Notes: generated by a model from the letters alone, not told the origin. Counted from the first letter of the stretch, positions 9,822 to 16,821 are shown. The stretch: DNA of 32,000 nt from Thermodesulfobacteriota bacterium (GCA_026625185.1 CP113000.1:2385622-2417621), one strand, 5' to 3'. A program made the numbers and translations.

Positions 9822-10607
9822 CTAAACCATTGCTTGTTTAATCGCTTCGCGGCATTCACACTCAGTATAACCAATGTGGGGAATTACCTCGAACAAGAGC
9901 GTTTTCACATTTTCGACGTTTTTATGCATAACCTGCGCGATTATCTCCCAGGTAACCGAACATTCACTTTCGTGCCAGCAGTCGTAGTCCGTGCTCATCG
10001 CGATTGTCGCGTAACAAATGCCTGCCTCCCGCGCGAGAACTACTTCCGGAACAGTGCTCATGTTGATCACGTCAGCTCCCCACTGCCTGAACATCAGGCT
10101 TTCCGCGCGGGTAGAAAACCGAGGGCCTTCAATAGTGACGATCGTACCTTGGCGATGGTATTCCAACCCCAATTTTTGTGCGGCGCGGGAGAGCTTGTCC
10201 CGAAGTTTATGACAGAAAGGGTCAGCCATAGCGATGTGGCACACCTCATGGCCTTCAAAAAAAGTAGATTTTCTCTTGGTGGTGCGGTCAATAAACTGAT
10301 CGGGAAAAACGAGGTGGCCGGGCTTAATTTCTTCCCGGAGGGAACCAACCGCAGTGGTGGCGAGAATATGGGTTACCCCCAAATCTTTCATTGCCCAAAT
10401 ATTCGCCTGGAAGTTGACATGGGAAGGCGCGATCCGATGACCTTCACCGTGTCGGGCGAGGATCACCAATTCTTTTTCCTGGTAAGATCCGACAATGATG
10501 CGATCCGACGTCGCTCCGTAAGGGGTATGTTTTTTTATTCTTTTTATATTGTCTATTAAACGAGGATCATCAAAACCGGAACCACCAATTATGCCGACCT
10601 TCACCAT
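9822..10607 (-). CDS. mtnP: S-methyl-5'-thioadenosine phosphorylase
   Basis: The track ORF is 9822-10646. I prefer ATG 10607, which has AAGGAG 7 nt upstream and gives MVKVGIIGGSGFDD, a typical N-terminus. Motifs ARHGEGHRIAPSHVNFQANIWAMKDLGV, TAVGSL and GADVINMSTVPEV support the call. Confidence 0.88.
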   Translation of the reverse strand: MVKVGIIGGSGFDDPRLIDNIKRIKKHTPYGATSDRIIVGSYQEKELVILARHGEGHRIAPSHVNFQANIWAMKDLGVTHILATTAVGSLREEIKPGHLVFPDQFIDRTTKRKSTFFEGHEVCHIAMADPFCHKLRDKLSRAAQKLGLEYHRQGTIVTIEGPRFSTRAESLMFRQWGADVINMSTVPEVVLAREAGICYATIAMSTDYDCWHESECSVTWEIIAQVMHKNVENVKTLLFEVIPHIGYTECECREAIKQAMV

Positions 10608-10729
10608 TGCGAAACTCCTTTTATTTTTGGTCAGTGTTGCGGTCACATGAAAAAAACCAATGGTTTTTTCATGGAAATATAGAGGGAGTGGTGAATATGT
10701 GTCAAGGAAAATATAAAGAAGAAAAATTC

Positions 10730-10758
10730 TTGCATACCGAGAAAAAAATTGGTATTAA
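10730..10758 (+). promoter_or_regulatory. sigma-70-type promoter candidate for tRNA-Val
   Basis: TTGCAT (10730-10735), a 17-nt spacer, then TATTAA (10753-10758), ending 10 nt before the first tRNA base. Confidence 0.4.
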
Positions 10759-10768
10759 GAAAAGCATA

Positions 10769-10840
10769 GGGCGGTTAACTCAGCGGGAGAGTGCCATCCT
10801 CACACGGTGGAAGTCACTGGTTCGAATCCAGTACCGCCCA
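10769..10840 (+). tRNA. tRNA-Val (anticodon CAC)
   Basis: Folded by hand into a cloverleaf. Acceptor GGGCGGT/ACCGCCC, D stem ACTC/GAGT, anticodon stem CCATC/GGTGG with loop CT-CAC-AC, 5-nt variable loop, T arm ACTGG-TTCGAAT-CCAGT, discriminator A. No encoded CCA. Confidence 0.9.
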
Positions 10841-10853
10841 TTAATAAAATCAA
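10799..10853 (+). repeat. island-bounding direct repeat, left copy (attL-like; tRNA 3' half plus 13 nt)
   Basis: Matches 18077-18131 with 2 mismatches. The 35-nt perfect core is 10807-10841. Confidence 0.75.
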
Positions 10854-10884
10854 GGGTTTACGGATTTAGGTCTGTAGCCCTTTG

Positions 10885-11643
10885 TCATTTTGTGCCCAAA
10901 TTGTGCCCGGTTGAAAAAATTTTGTTTTCAAGTCTGCACGCTGCCTCTTGATTGACCGCTTTCATCAAGTGAGTATAAACCGTCAAAGTTACCATCGGGC
11001 TTGAATGACCTAATTGTGATTGAATATATTTCACTTTCTCCCCTTGTTCTATTGACAGGCTTGCGAATCAGTGACGCAGGTCGTGAAACCTTATCTTTGC
11101 CAAGCTAGCCTTCTTTAAAGCCTTAACAAAGTGTCGCTTGACCATATTGCTGTAATTCATCGGTTGACGGGATTCATTAGGGAATATCAAATCAAGGTTA
11201 CTTTTTGGACAGGAAAGTTTCCACTTTTTAAGCTCCAAAATTAACATTGGACCCAGGTCAATCTTTCGCCTTGAATATTTTGTCTTAGTGTCAAAAAATC
11301 GGCCCTTCGTAAATGTTCGCTGGATATAAACTTGATTATTGATAAGGTCAAGATCGTTCCATTTTAAACCCAAAAGTTCCCCTTGAAGCGCCCCGCTCAT
11401 GATTGCCAGCATAAAGAGCGTTTTATATTTTTGGTTAGTGACCGCATTTAAAAACGCTCTAATCTCTTGGGGAGTTAACACTTTTATCTTTTCAACTTCT
11501 GCTCATGATTCCCTCGGTTTTTCTGCTTCTCTGACGGGATTATGACCAATGTATTTATGCCGGACAGCATAGGCCATAATTTGCACAAAGGTAACAAGGA
11601 TTTTTCGCAATGTAAAAATGTTGAATCCCTGTTTTCGCCTCAT
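10885..11643 (-). pseudogene. tyrosine recombinase / phage-type integrase, decayed
   Basis: A single reading frame from ATG 11643 to the stop at 10885 is interrupted by in-frame TGA codons at 11503-11505 and 11068-11070. The pieces read ..YIGHNPVREAEKPRES*AEVEKIKVLTPQEIRAFLNAV..RFHDLRH*FASLSIEQGEKVKYIQSQLGHSSPMVTLTVYTHL... These include the HxxR box, the second His and the catalytic Tyr region. The usual ~100-aa N-terminal domain is mostly missing. Confidence 0.85.
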
Positions 11644-11889
11644 ACTAACCCATTGTTAAGAATTTTATAATTTTATGAGTCCCCATCGACCCATCAGAAA
11701 TTAAAAATGTCCTTCAATTAAACAAGTTTTTTTATACAAAGTTGCATCCAAAAGTAGATCGAGGCGGCGATGAGGAATCGACGCAGGCGTACATTTTAGT
11801 GGGTCGAGGAGTATGACGAGGAGCCAAGAAAGATATACAAATGAAGGCGACTTGGTATTAGTCTCTACGTCTGCCGAATAGTGATAATA

Positions 11890-11939
11890 TTGGACAACGT
11901 CCCGTTCGGCGTCCTTGGACAACGTCACGTTCGGCGTCC
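11890..11939. repeat. 25-bp tandem duplication
   Basis: TTGGACAACGTCCCGTTCGGCGTCC (11890-11914) is followed directly by TTGGACAACGTCACGTTCGGCGTCC (11915-11939), with one mismatch. Confidence 0.85.
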
Positions 11940-11991
11940 TTTTTAAGGATTTTATGATTTAATGGACGTCCCTTCCAACTCCCGTCCCCTC

Positions 11992-13099
11992 GGTGAATTC
12001 AAATTGCAAGTGCACCACGAGCTGCATTCCAGAACACTTCATAGGGTGTCCGGTAGTTGAGAGATTTTCTTGGCCGATTATTAAGCCTTTTAACAGCACG
12101 AGAAATATCACGTTCGGTAATTTTTCTCATGTAAGTTCCTTTCGGAAAATACTGCCGCAGTAATCCGTTGGTGTTTTCATTGGCTCCTCGCTGCCATGCA
12201 GCATAAGGATCGGCAAAGTAAATACTGAGTTTGGTTTTTTCCTCAAGTTCTTTAAATTGGGCAAACTCTGTTCCATTATCTACCGTTAAAGTTTGCCGCA
12301 TTATTCCAGGAATGCGCCTGAAAATTTGAGTGCTTTTATCTGTCAATGTCGTAGCTTTCTTATTTTCCAGCTTGCCAGCCAAAAGGTAGCGGCTCTTGCG
12401 TTCGACTAACGTCGCGATATAGCCACTGCTTTTTTTGCCTTCGATCGTATCGCCCTCCCAGTCTCCAAATCGTTTTCTCCCTTCCACGATTTCAGGTCGT
12501 TGAGCAATTCTCTTGCGCCCGGCAAGAAACCGCCTTCCCAAACCATACCGTTTCTGGCGCCGTCGCCTTTTCCTCCCCCGCCGCAGGTTTAGATAAAGCT
12601 TGCCATTAACCTTCGCATCCTTATAAATCCAGCGATAAATTGTCTCATGGCACACTCGCATCGTCTCATCATCAGGATAATTAATCCGCATATAATCGCT
12701 TATCTCCTCTGGAGACCATTGCAGATTCAGTTTTGTTTTTACATAATCAACAAGGCGCTCGTTGCCCTCCCGACGATAATGCCTGGCCTGATGCCGTCGT
12801 TTTAGAGCTACCGGATGCGTCCAGTCATACCAATAAACAGTGCAATCATATTCCGGCCCGTTGCGTTTAAGTTCACGACTGACCGTGCTGTGATCTCGGT
12901 TTATCCGGCGGGCAATTTCTCGTTTACTAAATCCAGCCACATTTAAATGGCTGATGACATATCGTTCGTTTTCTGTTAAATGTATATATGACATGGCAGG
13001 CTCTTTCTGGTTGCGAGTTGGTCGTTCTTCTCAACATACCAGAATTCCTGTCATGTCGCATGCTTTTCTCAAATGGTGCACTTTGAAGTTGATTCTACC
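11992..13099 (-). mobile_element. IS30-family insertion sequence (~1.1 kb)
   Basis: Imperfect terminal inverted repeats, both starting GGT: 11992-12017 against the reverse complement of 13074-13099, 20 of 26 matches by hand. They enclose one IS30-type transposase ORF. I could not identify a flanking target-site duplication. Confidence 0.85.
11999..12994 (-). CDS. IS30-family DDE transposase
   Basis: 331-aa ORF. It has an N-terminal HTH (LTENERYVISHL..GFSKREIARRINRDHSTVSRELKRN) and a catalytic region DWEGDTI..LTVDNGTEFA..YAAWQRGANENTNGLLRQYFPKGT. Confidence 0.92.
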   Translation of the reverse strand: MSYIHLTENERYVISHLNVAGFSKREIARRINRDHSTVSRELKRNGPEYDCTVYWYDWTHPVALKRRHQARHYRREGNERLVDYVKTKLNLQWSPEEISDYMRINYPDDETMRVCHETIYRWIYKDAKVNGKLYLNLRRGRKRRRRQKRYGLGRRFLAGRKRIAQRPEIVEGRKRFGDWEGDTIEGKKSSGYIATLVERKSRYLLAGKLENKKATTLTDKSTQIFRRIPGIMRQTLTVDNGTEFAQFKELEEKTKLSIYFADPYAAWQRGANENTNGLLRQYFPKGTYMRKITERDISRAVKRLNNRPRKSLNYRTPYEVFWNAARGALAI

Positions 13100-13275
13100 A
13101 GTATGTAGATATCAGAGGTTTCTAATTCTGAAAGACATTTTGTACATGAAGAAGCCCAATCAGCACCATCATGCTCGGAAAGGTATGTATTAAACGAATA
13201 GTGACTCAATGCTTTCTTAACTGAATCTCGTTCTGCTCTCAGATCTTTGACGGTTGAGCTTACAAAAACTTTCAT
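13100..13275 (-). pseudogene. DUF4062-domain protein gene, 5' fragment cut by the IS30 element
   Basis: MKVFVSSTVKDLRAERDSVKKALS..CLSELETSDIYIL fits the DUF4062 N-terminal pattern (vFiSSt..DL..ER ... C...i..sDiyi). GGAGGATCAC precedes the ATG at 13275. From 13099 onward the frame reads into the IS inverted repeat and stops (track ORF 13069-13275). Confidence 0.7.
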
Positions 13276-13396
13276 CGTGATCCTCCCTGTGTTATAAAGC
13301 TATCTGCTTTTTTTTTGTGAGCTTTTCATAACGCTGTGGCTCATCGGGAGCCGGATTTATCGGCGATTCAGTGCAAGCCCTGGTTAGGTGGTTGGT

Positions 13397-14155
13397 TTAA
13401 TAAAACTCTCTTTTGATAGTTGCCAGTACTTCCCCGTACGCTTCTTTAATATTTCCTTTAGAAAACTTAATCTGCTCAATCCCATGTATGTTCGAAAACT
13501 CCTCTGCTCCAGCTTCTAATAATATCACGGCGCGATTAAACACAAGCCTTCCTTGAAAGAGCCCAGTTTCGTGCACTACGTTTTGACGTGCTCGGAATTG
13601 ACCTTCTATTGTTTGATCTTCCGCCGTCATTACCAAGATAGCAAATGAACTTTTGGAAAGCATCTCTTCAAGAATAACTCTTATAGCGTGACCGGCCCTG
13701 GTGCCAGCTTCGTAATGTAAAACCTCATATGAATGATTGTCCTGCAAATGATCTTTTAAATCTTTCCATAGGCTATCCCTACCATGGCCTATGAATATCT
13801 TGGGTTTCACCGTGAGTTCATATGGGAGTCTCGATTCTTGGGTATCTTTTTCAAAAACATCGAATACCCTCTCAATAATCGAACGATTGTCTGCATAACC
13901 ATAGAACTGAACAGAGACTATGGAATCAGTTCCTGATGCTGATTCTATTTTAAGTTCACCAGATACAAAAAAAGGACTTCTCTTATAGTGAAAGTAGTTT
14001 TGGTCATTATCAGGTTTGTATTTTCTGTAGTATGCGAAAAACTCATCTTCGGAATCATAATTCCATGTTTCATTCATTATTCTGATGCTCATTAACCGGC
14101 TAATTTGCGATAAGAAGATCTCCTCATCTGATTTATTTCCCTTTGCCAAACCCAT
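13397..14155 (-). CDS. protein with a C-terminal TIR-like domain (CAP12/PCTIR-type predicted nucleotide-binding family) and an unassigned N-terminal region
   Basis: 252-aa ORF. The C-terminal ~135 aa read KIFIGHGRDSLWKDLKDHL..FAILVMTAEDQT..RARQNVVHETGLFQGRL..RAVILLEAGAEEFSNIHGIEQIKF. This matches the conserved layout of the bacterial TIR-like family (vFIvHGhd ... faivllTpDD ... RaRQNVifElGyf ... psd..G). I do not recognise the first ~115 aa. Confidence 0.8.
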   Translation of the reverse strand: MGLAKGNKSDEEIFLSQISRLMSIRIMNETWNYDSEDEFFAYYRKYKPDNDQNYFHYKRSPFFVSGELKIESASGTDSIVSVQFYGYADNRSIIERVFDVFEKDTQESRLPYELTVKPKIFIGHGRDSLWKDLKDHLQDNHSYEVLHYEAGTRAGHAIRVILEEMLSKSSFAILVMTAEDQTIEGQFRARQNVVHETGLFQGRLVFNRAVILLEAGAEEFSNIHGIEQIKFSKGNIKEAYGEVLATIKREFY

Positions 14156-14982
14156 GTTTTTGGCAATTTGAATGGATTGTTCTTTATTTACCGAGGCGTC
14201 AAAGGCTTTAATAGCCTAATTCAAGGTTTTAACGGGGAAAATCGTATTCCTGTATTTCTTAATTTTCTTCATAAGTTAATTCACATAAAATTTTTATATA
14301 GTTTCTATATAATACGCTTGAACCGCAATATAACGCCTTAATATCCCCGCTCCTTTGCAACACATCGCCCTGACTCCGCACTCCTTTGCCCCTTCTTAGC
14401 AAAATAATAAGGCCATCACCTTTTTATTTGGCAATCCGGCCTTCTTTTTATTCTCATAACTCATGGAAGTCCCTTCCTCGGTAACACCCATTTTTGTCCT
14501 TCGATTATTGGTTTCTGGGCTTTGATAAAACCTTTTTCTTTTAATCCGTTGGAGAAAAAGTCAACCAAAAAGGAATATCTTTACAATTCCTTACGACCTC
14601 CAAGTTGAATTTTAACCCCGTAGTTCAGGCGAATAAAGCATATTGTAACGAAAGTGGGCTGATTGCTCCCCCTACCGTATCCTCCCGGTTGATTTTAGTA
14701 TAACTGCAGAAAACTATAAGAAATTGTAGACAATTGTAGACAAACGAAAAATAGATGAGGGGCTCTTTTCTTGTTTGCCTGGAGGAAAACACACTGCCCG
14801 GGAGGAAAAGGGAAAGGTCAGCAAGCGGTAAGAAACCATAACCGATTGACAATTGGTTGACTTTGAAACTCTGTTTTTTGCCAAATTTACTTTAAATATT
14901 ATTAAGGTTTAAGGAGTTAATTGGGTTTTAATGAAATAAATTTTGTCTAATTAACCGTTTAAAAAACATTCCGTTTATACTT

Positions 14983-15102
14983 TTATTAAGAACCAAATAA
15001 CACTATTCTTTGTCTTAAAAATTAGGCTAAAACTTTTACCCAATTTCTAAAAGAAAAGGTCAAGCACTCCTCTCCTCCAGCTTGGCCTTTTCTTATTTTT
15101 TT
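14983..15102 (+). ncRNA. sRNA-like unit 1 (candidate)
   Basis: Begins with the shared TTATTAAGAAC motif. It ends in a 10-bp hairpin (AAGGTCAAGC 15056-15065 / GCTTGGCCTT 15080-15089) whose 14-nt loop carries CTCTCCTCCA, followed by TTCTTATTTTTTT. There is no ORF. Confidence 0.3.
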
Positions 15103-15300
15103 CGAGTTAGAAGCACTATGCGCCTTACTAAGCAAAACCGATTTAAACAAATATCCAATAAGTATTAATAAGTTAAAAAGTTTTTAGAAGTGCACGTTTG
15201 TCTAGATCTACCTTAAAAACTTCCCCTTTGACATAAACGCTTAAACGAGACTTCCCTCGAATCGGGAAATTCTCTCATACACTCCCTTGAATAAAAATTA

Positions 15301-15396
15301 TTATTAAGAACTAAAGAGACCTATCTTGGTCTTATAATTTAACCTCTCTCCTCCAACAAAGGCCTGGCATTTATTGCCTGGCCTTTGTGTTTTTTG
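15301..15396 (+). ncRNA. sRNA-like unit 2 (candidate, paralog of unit 1)
   Basis: The first ~40 nt are about three-quarters identical to unit 1 by hand alignment. The same 10-mer CTCTCCTCCA sits at 15346-15355. A 14-bp hairpin follows at 15356-15388 with one T.T mismatch, then GTTTTTT. Confidence 0.3.
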
Positions 15397-15617
15397 GGTG
15401 GGAGTAAGAAAAACTAATTTTAAAAATATTTTACAATTACCTTTTCGTGATTATTTTAAAAAAATGGCCCCGGCCAGGCCTTTCCTTTTCCTTTCACTTC
15501 CTCCTTTTGGAAGGGCATGGTCATTTAGGGCCATCCGCTTTTTTATAATATAGTTGTGAGAGTAAAACAGGTTATTGAAAAATTCTCAATCAAAGGAGAA
15601 GGACAATAAAAAAAGTG

Positions 15618-15693
15618 TTATTAATTAAACAACCTATCTTTTGTCTTGGCCTTTTGCTCACACAAGTGCTTGTTTACTCAGGGCTTATTTTTT
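15618..15693 (+). ncRNA. sRNA-like unit 3 (candidate, more diverged)
   Basis: TTATTAATTAAACAACCTATCTTTTGTCTTGGCCTTTT resembles the 5' part of units 1 and 2. It ends in a T-run at 15686-15693. No convincing terminator stem was found. Confidence 0.2.
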
Positions 15694-15805
15694 GTAAACC
15701 ATTTTAGCAATCCTGCGTCTTAATAATAGCGAAATAAATGAACCCATTTGGCATGTATCTAAGCATTTTAAAAAAACTTATCCTCTTATTTTAAAAAAAA
15801 GGGGT

Positions 15806-16243
15806 GTGATAATTATGAAGAAAACAGTAATTTTCATAGCAGTGTTAAGCCTAACCCTAACCCTTTTAACGGCTACGCCTGCAAGGGCTCATCATTGGAG
15901 CTTTGGCTTTTACTGGCCAGGATTCTCGGTTGGGATAGGAGTCCCCCCCCCATATTATTATGGGGGCTATTATAGCCCTTACTATGGTTACTATGGCGGC
16001 TATTATGAGCCTTGGTATGGTTACTATGGCGGCTATTATGCACCTTGGTATGGGTACTATGGTGGACACCATGGGGGATATTATGGTGGACACCATGGGG
16101 GATATTATAGGGGATACAATGGCGGACATCGAGGGGGATACCATAACGGTGGACATGGCGGTGGACATGGCGGTGGAAACTATGGCGGTGGACATGGTGG
16201 CGGAAACTATGGCGGTGGACACGGCGGTGGACGTGGGAGATAG
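15806..16243 (+). CDS. secreted Gly/Tyr/His-rich low-complexity protein
   Basis: 145-aa ORF with AAGGGGTG upstream of the ATG. The signal-peptide-like N-terminus is MIIMKKTVIFIAVLSLTLTLLTATPARA. The remaining 117 aa contain 47 Gly, 28 Tyr and 12 His (my count), arranged as GYYxPWYGYYG, GHHGGYYG and GGHGGGNYG repeats. Matching DNA repeats are 33 bp x2 at 15998-16063, 24 bp x2 at 16064-16111 and 27 bp x2 at 16160-16213. Confidence 0.7.
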   Translation: MIIMKKTVIFIAVLSLTLTLLTATPARAHHWSFGFYWPGFSVGIGVPPPYYYGGYYSPYYGYYGGYYEPWYGYYGGYYAPWYGYYGGHHGGYYGGHHGGYYRGYNGGHRGGYHNGGHGGGHGGGNYGGGHGGGNYGGGHGGGRGR

Positions 16244-16278
16244 CTGGGTTTAAGACTATAAAAATAGGATGATTTTTT

Positions 16279-16323
16279 AAACGGCTAACAGTGATGGAAT
16301 TGTCGGTTAGCCGTTTTCTTTTA
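16279..16323 (+). terminator. intrinsic terminator candidate after the Gly/Tyr/His-rich gene
   Basis: An 11-bp stem, AAACGGCTAAC (16279-16289) / GTTAGCCGTTT (16306-16316), followed by a T-rich tail. It lies 36 nt after the stop. Confidence 0.65.
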
Positions 16324-16694
16324 AATGATTTTTAGGGAAAAAATAGGGGGGTCCCTGTCATTTTTCTCATCTTTCTTAACTCTTCTCCTCCCTTAGAAAT
16401 TTTCTCCGGAATCTCTGACATAAAAAAACAAGTTGTTTACAAACTCTTTTCATTATTAACCAATTCGCCTGAGCGGAGTCCCTCTCGAGTCGGAAAACTT
16501 CCCTGAAAGTTTTTCGGAAAAGAATGCTTTTTTTGCTACTAAATGAAACCAAACTTCCGTTTAAGTATCACGGGAAAAAAGAATCTATTTTTGACCAATT
16601 AATCAATTACTGAAAAAAACCCCGCATTTTTTCCATGGTAACTTTTGAAAAACTTGTAAGAAGAAAAAGCGAGTTTAAAAATAATGAGTTTGGG

Positions 16695-16734
16695 GAAGAA
16701 AAACAATGGTCGGACAAAAAATTTGCCCGACCAT
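16695..16734 (-). terminator. intrinsic terminator candidate after the degenerate-GGDEF gene
   Basis: An 8-bp stem, ATGGTCGG / CCGACCAT (16706-16734). On the minus strand it is followed by TGTTTTTCTTC. Confidence 0.5.
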
Positions 16735-16821
16735 AAAACAAGGAGAAGAAGGAAGAAAAAAAGGGGTAATTAAAATAAGTTTAACTTAAGTTTTAAAGTG
16801 TTAATTTATGAATTTGAACCA

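Noticed and set aside
9834-10559. 241-aa plus-strand ORF, plus 10018-10212 and 10094-10348.
   Set aside because: They lie entirely inside the MTAP gene on the other strand or in another frame, and show no motifs. I treat them as shadow ORFs.
10607-10951. 114-aa plus-strand ORF.
   Set aside because: It reads straight through the tRNA-Val gene and its promoter, so the RNA gene explains the region.
10885-11643. The idea that the window uses TGA as a sense codon (genetic code 4 or 25), prompted by the two in-frame TGAs in the integrase.
   Set aside because: hisC and the IS30 transposase terminate at TGA at the expected protein ends. No other conserved gene in the window contains internal TGA.
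11701-11928. 75-aa minus-strand ORF.
   Set aside because: It starts inside the 25-bp tandem duplication, has no RBS and no recognisable sequence. It lies in rearranged junk between the IS and the integrase relic.
14356-14371. Minus-strand AGGGCGATGTGTTGCA upstream of the TIR-like gene (perfect TTGCA with GG at correct spacing).
   Set aside because: The -24 element matches only in the GG dinucleotide, which is too weak to call.
14625-14852. 75-aa minus-strand ORF in the ORF desert. Nearby are a 10-bp tandem AATTGTAGAC x2 (14722-14741) and the imperfect palindrome AACCGATTGACAATTGGTT (14840-14858).
   Set aside because: The ORF has no RBS, its composition is odd, and its start is an alternative codon. 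The short repeats are real but too small for me to assign any function.
15749-15765. Sigma-54-like TGGCATGTATCTAAGCA, 42 nt upstream of the Gly/Tyr/His-rich gene.
   Set aside because: The GG and GC are separated by 11 nt instead of the required 10, and the -12 reads AAGC rather than TTGC. It is a tempting location but a near miss.
15866-16253. Overlapping ORFs 15866-16222 (minus) and 15960-16253 (plus) across the Gly/Tyr/His-rich gene.
   Set aside because: They are frame artefacts of the GGN/TAY repeat DNA. Only the 15806-16243 frame has an RBS and a signal peptide.
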